From contig MFJR01000007.1 in the NCBI GenBank assembly GCA_001780955.1, forward strand, positions 342,171 through 406,170: a stretch of DNA of 64,000 nt, written 5' to 3'. Below the pieces are notes generated by a model, which was not told where the DNA came from, did no database searches, and was given only the letters and a program-made list of their open reading frames with translations. The DNA comes from Candidatus Gottesmanbacteria bacterium RIFCSPLOWO2_01_FULL_39_12b. GTDB lineage: Bacteria; Patescibacteriota; Microgenomatia; 2-02-FULL-39-11. Made by a program: the position numbers and the translations under genes. Position 1 is the stretch's first letter; each line of letters begins with the position of its first letter. Below, piece by piece: positions 41,786 to 51,905 of the stretch.

Positions 41786-43297
41786 TTTTTTCCTCTGTTC
41801 TTCATCAATCCAAGTCGGGAAAGGTTCTGATTTTATCGAATTATACTTTGGCAATCTAAAAAGGTAATTATTCAACTTATTTTCAAGGTCATTACTAATA
41901 TTCGTATTTTTTATTGACAAATCTATTTGTTCTTCAGGATCACTGGTTAAATCAAACAGCTCCTTTTCGTCACCATTTAATATTAATTTCCATTTCAGGG
42001 TTATTATAGTTTCAAGATTAGCCGTAACATGTTGTGCTAAGACAAATTTATTTTCTTTTGATGAAAACAGGTCTATCCCTGTTATTTTTTCCGGAGCTTC
42101 TATTCCCAATATTGATAATATCGTAGGCATAATATCTACGCTGCTGGCTAATTTTTCTACAATTTGAGATTTTGATTTGGGAATGTAAATAATTAAGGGT
42201 ACCTGTATGCTCTCGTTATACAGATTTGCCGCATGGGAATGTCCTCCATGTTCAAAAAACTCCTCACCGTGATCGGCAGTTATCACCACAATAGTCTTAT
42301 CAAGTAACTTATTATTTTCTAACTCATTAAAAAATTTCTTCAGCTCTAGATCCATCTCGTAAATAGAAGTAGCGTAAAGAGCATGAGTGTATTCCTTTTT
42401 AACTAAGAAATCAAGATTATTAAATGCGTCCCAATAAGGATCGAGTCTGGCAAGATAAGATTCTATCTCAACATTCCAAGTGGCTGCATATTTTGTATTA
42501 TAGTCTCTGTAGATATTACAGTAATCATCGTTGAGGACTTTTAGATTTTTGAATCGATCGGGATACTGACTTAATAATTTGATGTAGGCTTTTTTGCACA
42601 AATCATTTCTAGTTACGTATATTAGCGGACCACCAGGATAAAATTTGTTTATGTTTTCTTTTTGCGGAATATAAGGTTCGTGAACACGATAGGTGTGAAG
42701 AAAGGCAAAAAATTTCCTATTCAAGAGATTATTTTTTTTCATATTGTCCATCCAATATCTTGGTTCATCTCCTTTATCCTTGTAAGAAAAACCTCTTTCA
42801 AATCCTCTATCCAGAGGTAAATGTGGATCATTTTTGGGACCGGAAAATAAAGTCGTGTATCCATTGGATGCAAGAATTTGCGGCAAAGTTTTTATATTAC
42901 TATCCAGAACGCTGGTAAAAGGCACGGTCATGCCGTGTGAAATAGGATAAAGACCGGTAAATATGGAAAAATGACTATCCTGCGTTTTTGATGAAGGTGT
43001 ATAAACATTTTTAAAAAGATACGATTTTCCGGCAAAGCTGCAAAGATTTGGCGCAGTATTTTTTTCATATCCGTAGCAGAGAAGACTTTTGGCTCGCAGA
43101 TTATCCAGAGAAATTAAAATTACATTACAATCTTTGCAAAATCCATCTGCTAAAATCGGTCTTGCTAAAAAATCAAAATTAAATACAGATTTGACAAAAT
43201 ACCACTGCCACACCACAAACAAAGCGGTAAAAGAGATTGCAAATATTATTTTGTGTAAAGATTTAATTGAAAACATCAAGAGGTTTTCCTTGCACAA
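41762..43297 (-). CDS. sulfatase-fold hydrolase/transferase with Thr at the nucleophile position (paralog class)
   Basis: VILISLDNLRAKS, TQDSHFSIFTGLYP and ITADHGEEFFEHGGHSH. N-terminal TM. The start may instead be the internal Met at 43276. Confidence 0.8.
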   Translation of the reverse strand: MCKENLLMFSIKSLHKIIFAISFTALFVVWQWYFVKSVFNFDFLARPILADGFCKDCNVILISLDNLRAKSLLCYGYEKNTAPNLCSFAGKSYLFKNVYTPSSKTQDSHFSIFTGLYPISHGMTVPFTSVLDSNIKTLPQILASNGYTTLFSGPKNDPHLPLDRGFERGFSYKDKGDEPRYWMDNMKKNNLLNRKFFAFLHTYRVHEPYIPQKENINKFYPGGPLIYVTRNDLCKKAYIKLLSQYPDRFKNLKVLNDDYCNIYRDYNTKYAATWNVEIESYLARLDPYWDAFNNLDFLVKKEYTHALYATSIYEMDLELKKFFNELENNKLLDKTIVVITADHGEEFFEHGGHSHAANLYNESIQVPLIIYIPKSKSQIVEKLASSVDIMPTILSILGIEAPEKITGIDLFSSKENKFVLAQHVTANLETIITLKWKLILNGDEKELFDLTSDPEEQIDLSIKNTNISNDLENKLNNYLFRLPKYNSIKSEPFPTWIDEEQRKKLIETGYF

Positions 43298-45245
43298 AAT
43301 CCGGTATTTTGACTTTTAGTGCTTTCATCAGCGTGGGGTATTGATTGATCTGTTCAAACGGTTTATCCCCTAAATAGTTATTCTGTTTTATACCAGGTCC
43401 TGCCATGATAAATGGCGTCCACATGCCGGGAACTTCTTTGGCAACAATCGCCTGTTTATAGCCGGAAATAAGAGGGGTTGAAAATACTTTTAGATCAGCG
43501 GTCATTTCCTCGTTCCATCCGAAACCCGGGGAATTAGCAATTACCAAATCGCCGATTCTATCAGGATCAAGCTGCATGTATTCTTTTGCCTTTTCCCATT
43601 TAACTATTTCAACTAGAGGTTTTACTCCATTTTCGTCTTTCAGATCTGACAATGCTTTAATCACTCCGTCGCGTAAATCTTCATAATCTTTTCCGGAAGT
43701 CCGCTTATAATCTCCCTCAAGACTGTTAGGGTTGATATAAACATGAGCCATTTTAAGATATATAACTTTTGTGTTTTTCCAATCAATGATAGGCTCTCCA
43801 GTCTTAGGATCTATGGTAAATTTCAACCAGCCTTTTTGGGCAAACAGATTGTTTAAATTGACGCTTCTGTCCAGTGGCACTACTCCATGGTCAGAACTGA
43901 AAACTATATATGTATTTTTATCAGAAGTTTTTAATATCTCTCCCACAATTTCATCGAGCCTCAAGTACATGTCTTTTACCTCATTCCACAATTTCTCACG
44001 CTCCGAATCCGTTACTTCTTTGTATTTGCTACTTTTGGGATCAATGTAACCCATCCACCAGCGTGAAGTAAGCATTTGGTTAGGAGTATAGATATCATGA
44101 ATGACAACATTTGGGTTAAATTGATTTATAACGCTTTTAACAGACTTCCGGTGCCATTCAAAAGACATATCTGCTTCATCTGTAAAAGTTTTCTTGTCAT
44201 CAGGGTAAAAAACGAGCTGGGCGGGGAAGTTATCGGCAAAATCAACCATCGGTCCTATGGAATCAGTCATCTGTTTTGCGGCTTCCTCGGGAAAAGTGAC
44301 TGTTTGGTTTAGATTATTGTATAAAAGCCGCAGTCTGAAAAATCCGTCGCGATCGAGCTTTATCACATGCACCTTAACTTCTGTTTTAATATCCATTTCC
44401 TTATCTTCAACCTTCCACTTGAACGTAATCGGCTGCCAGTCTCCCCATTCTCCCTGCTTTAAGTCGGCAATTGTTGTTTTTTTATCAAGGGAAAATAACA
44501 CCTTATCGTAATTTTGCACTTTATCGTCTGTAGAATCATACAGTAAAGCATATACATCCCTACCCCAGCCGTTTAAAGGCACTTCCAGGGGCGGAGAATT
44601 GCTTTTTGGGGCATTAACCCAATCTTTTGCTTTTTGAGGATCTATATATTTGGTTAGCTCCGGTCCGAAATAAAATAATTTTACCGCCCTTCCCTGAAGA
44701 ATTCTCTGCGCTAAATTTCCTTTTGTCTCAAAGTTTATGGCGTGAAAATCAGCACCCCAGCCGCCCCAGCGACCGCGAAGTACGACACCCTTATTAATTT
44801 CCGGTGGAGTAGAGCCGGGAATTGACAAAAGAGCTACTTTAAACCCTGCTTCCTCAAGTGTTTTCCAGATCGGTTCAATCTTTTTGGCTGTGGAACGGAA
44901 ACCGCCGATAGCTACCTTATCCAGAGGTTTACCAAGAACATGCATCGGCCCGTCGTTGACTCCATGCACTTCCGGATAAGCGCCTGTCAAAAGGGTAGCA
45001 AAATTAGTCGGTGTGTGACTTGGAAAATTCGGGTATGAATAACCGTATGATCCTTTATCCATTAATTGCTTGATATTGGGAAGTTTGCCGTCTCTTGCCC
45101 ACTGAAACATATTAAATAAGTCCGGTTCAGCCCGCACTCCATCCGGTATAAACCAGTAGAGTTTTAATTGTGTCTTGTTTGTTTGAATCTTAAAAAAGTA
45201 AGCTAATATTAATAAAATGCCAATTAAAATTAGAAGTTTTTTCAT
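43263..45245 (-). CDS. nucleotide pyrophosphatase/phosphodiesterase (NPP)-type alkaline phosphatase superfamily enzyme
   Basis: FIPDGVRAE, PNFPSHTPTNFATLLTGAYPEVHGV (NPP Thr-nucleophile motif) and SSDHGV. N-terminal signal/anchor. Confidence 0.7.
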   Translation of the reverse strand: MKKLLILIGILLILAYFFKIQTNKTQLKLYWFIPDGVRAEPDLFNMFQWARDGKLPNIKQLMDKGSYGYSYPNFPSHTPTNFATLLTGAYPEVHGVNDGPMHVLGKPLDKVAIGGFRSTAKKIEPIWKTLEEAGFKVALLSIPGSTPPEINKGVVLRGRWGGWGADFHAINFETKGNLAQRILQGRAVKLFYFGPELTKYIDPQKAKDWVNAPKSNSPPLEVPLNGWGRDVYALLYDSTDDKVQNYDKVLFSLDKKTTIADLKQGEWGDWQPITFKWKVEDKEMDIKTEVKVHVIKLDRDGFFRLRLLYNNLNQTVTFPEEAAKQMTDSIGPMVDFADNFPAQLVFYPDDKKTFTDEADMSFEWHRKSVKSVINQFNPNVVIHDIYTPNQMLTSRWWMGYIDPKSSKYKEVTDSEREKLWNEVKDMYLRLDEIVGEILKTSDKNTYIVFSSDHGVVPLDRSVNLNNLFAQKGWLKFTIDPKTGEPIIDWKNTKVIYLKMAHVYINPNSLEGDYKRTSGKDYEDLRDGVIKALSDLKDENGVKPLVEIVKWEKAKEYMQLDPDRIGDLVIANSPGFGWNEEMTADLKVFSTPLISGYKQAIVAKEVPGMWTPFIMAGPGIKQNNYLGDKPFEQINQYPTLMKALKVKIPDFVQGKPLDVFN

Positions 45246-45261
45246 ATTATGAGTTTATTAA

Positions 45262-46077
45262 CTATTTTACCGAAACAATCGGATAATATAAGGCAACAGA
45301 TTTGAAGGGAAGATATATATCTTGATTTGCTATAATTTGTTGGACCTCGCTGTAATAAAAGGAGTTGTCTATTTTTTTTGCTCTGATCTCTATCGTAACT
45401 AAAATATCTTTCATATCTGGGGCAAACGCAAGGTTTGATCTACTTGAAGGAAGGTCCATCTGAGCAGTCGTTATCTTTTTATCTAATATTTTTGCTATTA
45501 CTATCCCGTAATCATCAACTATCTGATCTCCGATTTTCAATTCCTCTGCTACTTGAGGTTCCACCTGCCTTCCTTTTAGGACAATTGTAAGAGTTTTATA
45601 TTCAAATTCAGGCGGTTTAGTGTCGATACTCGTCACTTGTGCAGAAATTTGAGCCTTGGTCAACTTAACATCTAAAAGTGCGCCTGAAACAAGAGGTTTG
45701 TTTTTATAGAGAAGTGTTCCCGAACGGTCTTTAATAGCTCTTATCTTTAAAACTAGACTTACAAATTGGCCGTTATAAAAACTTCCATAGCTGTTTTTAT
45801 CCATTACGACAGCGTCAATTACGCCTAAAGGAGATACTTCTTTATCTCCAATATCAATCGAGTTTCCTATCCAGTAGGGAACCCAGTAGTAGTTGTAGGG
45901 GACATTAGGACCAAGTATATTCGGAGGCTTAACTAATACTACTGAAACATAAACATATTGTTGATTGCGGAATCTGTAGTAAAGGAAATAAAATGCCGAA
46001 AAGCTTAAAAGCAATAATACGGCTATGACAAAAATGTTTAAATTAGAATATTTTTTATAAGTTGATCTTAAATTCAT
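45262..46077 (-). CDS. membrane-anchored protein of unknown function (paralog of 58360..59163; possibly DUF4330-like, uncertain)
   Basis: N-terminal TM. About 45% identity by eye to the 267-aa protein (shared WVPYWI.NSID.GD.EV.PLG, LYKNKP, YLPFK.V.LYYPI). Confidence 0.55.
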   Translation of the reverse strand: MNLRSTYKKYSNLNIFVIAVLLLLSFSAFYFLYYRFRNQQYVYVSVVLVKPPNILGPNVPYNYYWVPYWIGNSIDIGDKEVSPLGVIDAVVMDKNSYGSFYNGQFVSLVLKIRAIKDRSGTLLYKNKPLVSGALLDVKLTKAQISAQVTSIDTKPPEFEYKTLTIVLKGRQVEPQVAEELKIGDQIVDDYGIVIAKILDKKITTAQMDLPSSRSNLAFAPDMKDILVTIEIRAKKIDNSFYYSEVQQIIANQDIYLPFKSVALYYPIVSVK

Positions 46078-46100
46078 ATCATAAAGATTATAATTCTTTT

Positions 46101-47852
46101 CTAATTATCAATCCACACCTCAAACCATTTATTCAAACAAAGAAGCCGCCAAAGAATCTCTGCATTATTTGACCTATAAAAAAGGTGGTTGTCTATAAGT
46201 TTTTGAATATTAATATCTGATACAATTTTTAGTTTATTGAACCGCTTGTCAGATAACTCACGATTAATATAAACAGACAGTTTATTCCTGAACCACTCGT
46301 CAAGAGGTGGAAGAAAACCCTTTTTTCTCCGAAAGACTAAGTCCTTGGGCATATATTTTAAGGCAATCTTTTTTAAAATATATTTTGTTTGAAATCCTTT
46401 TAATTTAAGATTAAGCGGAATTTGTGCCGCGAGTTCTATAAACTCCTGATCGAGAAAGGGAGATCTCACTTCAAGAGAATTGGCCATGGAAGTAATATCT
46501 GTTTTGACCAATAAGTCATCAGGAAGATACACTCTTAGATCTTCAAGCATTTTTTTAATTATTGAGTTATTTATTTTATCTTCGTTTAAAACTGCAAGAT
46601 ATTTTGCGAAAGTGTCAAAATCTTTATAATGGGTAAAAAAATATAAATATTTGAGCAGGCCGATTATTAAATTTCTCGCCTGTTGTGGTTTGATAAACGA
46701 ATAAACCTTCATCATCTGATACCAGGGGTAGCCTGCAAAACATTCATCTCCTCCTTCTCCGTTGAGAACAACGGTAAAATGTTTTCTACTTTCTTGCATA
46801 AGAAGCCAGGTAGGCAACATGGACGGATCGGCAAAAGGCTCTTCAAACTGATAAACGATTTTGGGAAGCAGCTCAATTATGTCTGGCCGGATAATTACTT
46901 CATGGTGGTGCGTATTAAAAATATTGGCAATCTTTTTGGCATAGGGAAGCTCATCATAGAATGGTTCATCAAAACCAGCAGAAACCGTAGTCATCCGTTT
47001 TTTAGAGATTGATGATGACAAGGCTGTAATTATCCCTGAATCAATTCCTCCGGAAAGATGTATTCCCAATGGCACGTCACTTCTTAACCGAAACTTCACC
47101 GATTCTATCAGCTTCTCTTCAATTACCTGTTTCCATTCATTTTCTGTCCAATCGTCCCTTTCATTAAAATCATATTTCCAGTATCGCTTGACGACAACAT
47201 CTCTGTTTGGCCTCACCAGCAGATAATGTCCAGGAGGAAGCTTGTGTATATGTTTAAATCCGGTTTTCGGAGAAGGAAGATATCCCATCTTTAAAAAGAG
47301 ATCTATGGCGATAGGATCAACCTCTTTAGGCACATTTGGATGATCTATAAAAGCTTTCAGTTCTGAAGCAAAGATAAAAAACTTATCGTTGTAATAATAT
47401 TTAACCGGCTTTTTTCCAAGTCTATCACGGGCAATAAATAATTCTCTTTTTCTCCTATCCCAAATGGCAAAAGCAAACATGCCTCGCAGATATTTTAAAC
47501 ACTCAACTCCATAATCTTCGTAGAGATGAAGTAACACCTCCGAATCTGTTTGGGACTTAAACTTATGTCTTCCTTTCAACTTATCTTTAAGCTCTAAATA
47601 ATTATAAATTTCTCCGTTAAAAACCAGGTATAACGATTTATCTTCATTGACAAGCGGTTGATACCCGGCAGAGGAGAGGTCCAGAATTGCTAGCCTTGTA
47701 GCTCCCAGCCAGACATTTCGATCAATGATATAACCTTCATCATCAGGACCACGATGGTACAACATGGAAAGGGTCTTTTTAATAAGAGGCAATTCTTCAC
47801 TCTTATCAACATCTTTATTACCAAAAAATATTTTCCCGGCTATCCCGCACAT
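46101..47852 (-). CDS. asnB: asparagine synthase (glutamine-hydrolysing) family amidotransferase
   Basis: MCGIAG N-terminus (Ntn Cys) and HLSGGIDSGII PP-loop; 583 aa. Confidence 0.9.
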   Translation of the reverse strand: MCGIAGKIFFGNKDVDKSEELPLIKKTLSMLYHRGPDDEGYIIDRNVWLGATRLAILDLSSAGYQPLVNEDKSLYLVFNGEIYNYLELKDKLKGRHKFKSQTDSEVLLHLYEDYGVECLKYLRGMFAFAIWDRRKRELFIARDRLGKKPVKYYYNDKFFIFASELKAFIDHPNVPKEVDPIAIDLFLKMGYLPSPKTGFKHIHKLPPGHYLLVRPNRDVVVKRYWKYDFNERDDWTENEWKQVIEEKLIESVKFRLRSDVPLGIHLSGGIDSGIITALSSSISKKRMTTVSAGFDEPFYDELPYAKKIANIFNTHHHEVIIRPDIIELLPKIVYQFEEPFADPSMLPTWLLMQESRKHFTVVLNGEGGDECFAGYPWYQMMKVYSFIKPQQARNLIIGLLKYLYFFTHYKDFDTFAKYLAVLNEDKINNSIIKKMLEDLRVYLPDDLLVKTDITSMANSLEVRSPFLDQEFIELAAQIPLNLKLKGFQTKYILKKIALKYMPKDLVFRRKKGFLPPLDEWFRNKLSVYINRELSDKRFNKLKIVSDINIQKLIDNHLFYRSNNAEILWRLLCLNKWFEVWIDN

Positions 47853-47855
47853 AAT

Positions 47856-49298
47856 TTATACCAAAATAAAAGCCGACAAGAGAAAAAATAAAGGGAACTG
47901 GCTCGTGTGAAAAAATGGATTAAGCATTGAAATACCGGTCAGCCCCATTAATCCATAAACGGCGGCTTTTTGAAAGTAAGTTCGGGAAGTATTTTGGTAA
48001 TGTCTAAATATAGAGTAAAGAAAAATTATAAAAAAAATTAATCCGGGTATGCCTACCTCCGAAGCAATCTCAACAAAAGTATTATGAATTTTATAAAACG
48101 AATCCGGTTTTATTCTTTTCACAAAATCAGTAAAAGGTGACGTAAAATATACTTCGGCAGACCTGTTTAGCCCGACTCCGGTAATAGGATACTGAGAAAT
48201 AAGATTAAGGCCTTCCTCAAGGAGTTTGACCCTAATTCCAACAGAACCGGTCTCTTCAAAAGCCTGAGGAAAGGTTGCCAGTCTGGTTTGAAAAAAAGGG
48301 AAGAGAAAAAGAATTAATCCGAAAGGTGCAGTTAAGAGTAACGCGACAATCTTACGAGTAACATATTTTTTTTGGTTATAAAGTGAAATAATCATCGGAA
48401 CCAATAACATTCCAGTTATAATCCAGGCTGCTCGTGAATATGTAAAAAAAAGAATTAATAAAGAAGTAATTCCGATCAGATTAATATATTTATTTTTTAG
48501 AGGATAAAACCAAACGAATGGGATTACGGTAAGAAGAAAAGAGGCCAGAAAATTTGGGTGTCCAAAGGTACCGGTAAGACGAAACAGGCTTTCTTCCTCA
48601 ATGGCCGTTATTCCCAACGGATTATCCACAGTTACTGATTCAGCAAGGAGTCCTAACGGCCTCTTTTGAAAGAACTGTAAGCTGCCCGTAATAATCTGAA
48701 AAAGCAGCATGGAAATAAGAAGGGGGGATAAATTGTTACTATTCTCTTTTGTAATATAGATTCTAACTAAATAATAGACTATCATCGTCTCTGTCAATCG
48801 TAAAACGCCATAAAATACGTTATTGTATGGATAAACTAAAAACGAAACTATATTCCAGAGAAAAAAAAGTAAAAGGACAAAATCTGAGACTTTCACCTTT
48901 TTTATTTTCCTGCTTAATGATAAAGGCAAAAGAATCAGTATGAGTATAGTAGTGGGTGACACCCAAAATCCCGCCCCTAAATTAAATTCTTTTGGCTCCA
49001 TGATAAACCAGCTCGCTCCCACCCCAATTTCCGAAAAAAGAGAAAGTATAAGGGAGTAGACCAAAGATAGCCTGATGTTTTTGGAGGATAAATAGAAGAA
49101 AAAAGTAGAAATGATATATGCAGAAAAATAGACAGGTTTATTGGGAGAAATGATGCATACAAGATAAAAAATAACCAGTCCCAAAAAGAAGTAAATTTTG
49201 TTCAATTTACTGGGGAAATGCAGCAGCTTCAAGCTTTGTAATTCTTTTCTCATGATTGGCAAATTCCTGCGGAGTAGGGATATCTGCCTTAAGATCAT
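47856..49298 (-). CDS. O-antigen ligase/polymerase (Wzy_C) family membrane protein
   Basis: Polytopic, with HNTFVEIASEVGIPGLIFF. Track start 49298 overlaps the upstream ORF by 92 nt. A TTG at 49205 (TAAATTG, giving MNKIYFFLGLVIF) removes the overlap. Confidence 0.75.
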   Translation of the reverse strand: MILRQISLLRRNLPIMRKELQSLKLLHFPSKLNKIYFFLGLVIFYLVCIISPNKPVYFSAYIISTFFFYLSSKNIRLSLVYSLILSLFSEIGVGASWFIMEPKEFNLGAGFWVSPTTILILILLPLSLSRKIKKVKVSDFVLLLFFLWNIVSFLVYPYNNVFYGVLRLTETMIVYYLVRIYITKENSNNLSPLLISMLLFQIITGSLQFFQKRPLGLLAESVTVDNPLGITAIEEESLFRLTGTFGHPNFLASFLLTVIPFVWFYPLKNKYINLIGITSLLILFFTYSRAAWIITGMLLVPMIISLYNQKKYVTRKIVALLLTAPFGLILFLFPFFQTRLATFPQAFEETGSVGIRVKLLEEGLNLISQYPITGVGLNRSAEVYFTSPFTDFVKRIKPDSFYKIHNTFVEIASEVGIPGLIFFIIFLYSIFRHYQNTSRTYFQKAAVYGLMGLTGISMLNPFFHTSQFPLFFLLSAFILV

Positions 49299-49518
49299 TA
49301 ATTTGACGTTTAACTTCCCTAAATTCTCCTCGTACTTCTTCCTTAAACCCTTTCATCTCTTCCCTAACTTCTCTTATATCTTCTTTAGTAGCTAAATGTT
49401 TCAAATCTTCTTTTGTGGCAACAGATTTAACTAATGTTCCCATGATTTGCGTAATCGCAGTTTCTATATCTTCTTTGAGTTCTTTACGTAAATTATCTAA
49501 ATCTTTTTTGCCGATCAT
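49207..49518 (-). CDS. small charged coiled-coil protein, unknown function
   Basis: 103 aa, rich in Glu/Lys, with repeated TKEDLK/TKEDIR motifs. No family recognised. Confidence 0.45.
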   Translation of the reverse strand: MIGKKDLDNLRKELKEDIETAITQIMGTLVKSVATKEDLKHLATKEDIREVREEMKGFKEEVRGEFREVKRQINDLKADIPTPQEFANHEKRITKLEAAAFPQ

Positions 49519-49578
49519 TGTTTTATCATTTTTCCACCAAAGTAAAGTTAAGTCAACTATGTCTAACTATATCAATAA

Positions 49579-50805
49579 TTACTTATGCTTCTTTATCGCC
49601 AGTCTATAAATCTCCATCAACTTCTCATAATGCTTTTCTGGGCCGAAATTCCTTTCTACATATTCTCTGGCATTACTACCCATAGCCTTACATAATTTAA
49701 GATTAGACCAGAGTAAGTTGATTTTATTCGTCAGATCATCCATATTTTGAGGCTCAAACAAAAAACCATTATATCCGTGCTTAATAGTTTCAGGAATACC
49801 ACCTATATTTGAAGCAATAACAGGTTTTCGACTCGCGAATGATTCTAATATTGATAAGCCAAAAACTTCATACCAAACAGAAGGTAAAATCGTAAATCGG
49901 CTCCCGGATATAATACGTCTTAATTCGTTATTATTCTTATATCCGTAATATCGGATATTTTTCTGATTATATGAAAGTTTTTTTAATTTTGCCTCATAAT
50001 CCTCTTCACCTGTACCGACTATCCTTAGATTTATCTTGGGTAATCGTTTCATAGTCTCGATAAGATATTCAAGACCTTTTTCAGGCGAGAGACGGCCAAA
50101 ATAAAGAATATAGTTTCCTTTTGAGTACTCAATCGCATATCTTGTATCTTCTACAAAATGAGGAAGATAGATAATCTTATTTGAATCAATATCGTATTCA
50201 ACAAGCTTGTATTTTGTAAATAAACTTGGAGCTATAAAATAATCTACGTAATTCCTTTCCCAGCCTAAAATATAATATATATACTTCTCAACTACTTCTG
50301 CAAAACTATAAAGATAAGAACCCTTAACACATTTATGGAAAGCAGATTTGTGAAATTTATTCGGCTTGGTTATCTCACAAATACCTCCATCATGGAATAA
50401 ATTATAATTAGGTGAAACTAAATGGTAATCTTCTACCGTTTGGACAATAGGAATATTACGGTTTTTCAAAGCGATTAAAATTGACGGTGTTAGGTGATGA
50501 TAAATACTATGCAGATGAACAAGGTCAGGCTGGAAATAATCCAAAAGTTGATTGATTTTATTATATGCTGATAGTGAAAAAATATAATTAGGAAAAAGTC
50601 TGAAAAAATTATTTATATTAGTTTTGTCAAAAGAAAAATTCTCGACAAAGAACTTTGACCACTTTGTTTTATTATTTTTTTTATCTTCTGTGGAAAAAAA
50701 TGCCACCTTATGATTATGTTTTTTTAGCAATTTCGACACTTCAAAAAAATAACGATCAGTTCCTCCGTGAATGTGATAAAATTTATTAATTTGGAGTATT
50801 TTCAT
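49579..50805 (-). CDS. GT-B fold glycosyltransferase (GT4-like), paralog A
   Basis: MKILQINKFYHIHGGTDRYFFEV N-terminus and the C-terminal YEVFGLSILESFASRKPVIASNIGGIPE (EX7E region). Confidence 0.85.
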   Translation of the reverse strand: MKILQINKFYHIHGGTDRYFFEVSKLLKKHNHKVAFFSTEDKKNNKTKWSKFFVENFSFDKTNINNFFRLFPNYIFSLSAYNKINQLLDYFQPDLVHLHSIYHHLTPSILIALKNRNIPIVQTVEDYHLVSPNYNLFHDGGICEITKPNKFHKSAFHKCVKGSYLYSFAEVVEKYIYYILGWERNYVDYFIAPSLFTKYKLVEYDIDSNKIIYLPHFVEDTRYAIEYSKGNYILYFGRLSPEKGLEYLIETMKRLPKINLRIVGTGEEDYEAKLKKLSYNQKNIRYYGYKNNNELRRIISGSRFTILPSVWYEVFGLSILESFASRKPVIASNIGGIPETIKHGYNGFLFEPQNMDDLTNKINLLWSNLKLCKAMGSNAREYVERNFGPEKHYEKLMEIYRLAIKKHK

Positions 50806-50813
50806 TTATTTAT

Positions 50814-51905
50814 ATGAAGGTGGCAATTATTCATGATTCGTTAATGGAGTTTGGCGGAGCAGAACGTGTACTTCAAACCTTATTAAAAATTTTTCCTGAT
50901 TCTGATGTATATACTTCATGTGCGAATTTTGATCTTGTACGTACATTTTTTCCGGCTTTTTCGTTATTAAAATTGCATTTATCTTGGGTTCAATATACAC
51001 CCTTCAGATCACACAACTCACTCCTACAATCATTATCTCCATTAATATGGAAAAGATTTAACTTTTCAGGATACGATTTAATAATATCAAGTTCTTCATA
51101 TCTATTATCCAATATTATAACCTGTAACCTTATACCGCACATTCAATATATTCATTGTCCTCCAAAAAACATCTTTAATCTGACTCCTTTAAGACCTTTA
51201 CAAAAGTATTTCCCTTACACTAAATTCATCTCTTACTTTTATTACAAAGCAATTAATTCATCACCGTATATAATAGTTAATTCAAAATATATACAAGATA
51301 AGATGTACGAATTATTTAATATTCCATCCATGGTAATTTATCCCCCTGTAAAGGTCTTACCGTCCTTACCTATAAGAAAAGAAGGGAAATATTTTATAAT
51401 AGTTTCACGTCTAGACAAGTGCAAAAACATTGAGTTAGCAATTAAAGCATGTAACGTTCTAAAGGCTCCTCTTAAAATAGTCGGACGTTCAGTTTATCAA
51501 AAATATGAACTTTTTTTAAGATCAATTGCAAACTCAAATGTTGAATTTTTAGGAATGAAATCAGATGAAGAAATCGCTAAATTATACGAATCAGCAATAG
51601 GATTTATATTTACAGCAAAAAATGAAGATTTCGGTATTGCTCCAGTTGAGGCCATGGCATATGGAGTACCGGTTATTGCGCATTATAGTGGGGGATTGAA
51701 AGAAGTTCTTCTTGAAGGGAAAACCGGTCTTTATTTCTATGAACATTCTATCCCATCATTAATTACAACTCTTAATAATTTCTCAAATAAAGCATTCAAT
51801 CCTGCCGTTATTAATTCTTATGCCCAAAAATTTAACGAAAAAAAATTTATTAGAGAAATTAGAAACTATCTGAAAATTTTCATCTCACCTACCACTATTT
51901 CATAA
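50814..51905 (+). CDS. GT-B fold glycosyltransferase (GT4-like)
   Basis: MKVAIIHDSLMEFGGAERVL and NEDFGIAPVEAMAYGVPVIAHYSGGLKE. Its start diverges from the previous GT by only 8 nt. Confidence 0.85.
   Translation: MKVAIIHDSLMEFGGAERVLQTLLKIFPDSDVYTSCANFDLVRTFFPAFSLLKLHLSWVQYTPFRSHNSLLQSLSPLIWKRFNFSGYDLIISSSSYLLSNIITCNLIPHIQYIHCPPKNIFNLTPLRPLQKYFPYTKFISYFYYKAINSSPYIIVNSKYIQDKMYELFNIPSMVIYPPVKVLPSLPIRKEGKYFIIVSRLDKCKNIELAIKACNVLKAPLKIVGRSVYQKYELFLRSIANSNVEFLGMKSDEEIAKLYESAIGFIFTAKNEDFGIAPVEAMAYGVPVIAHYSGGLKEVLLEGKTGLYFYEHSIPSLITTLNNFSNKAFNPAVINSYAQKFNEKKFIREIRNYLKIFISPTTIS

Noticed and set aside
39931-43297. Annotating the two sulfatase-fold proteins as true sulfatases.
   Set aside because: The CxPxR formylglycine motif is absent, with Thr at the nucleophile position and no Arg. 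A phosphotransferase or phosphohydrolase chemistry is more likely.
46101-47852. The asparagine synthase homolog as the missing lasso-peptide cyclase for the PqqD/kinase cluster.
   Set aside because: It keeps the N-terminal MCGIAG glutaminase nucleophile typical of true AsnB-type amidotransferases. It lies 10 kb away inside a Wzy/GT operon with tight coupling to those genes. No B2-type cysteine protease is present.
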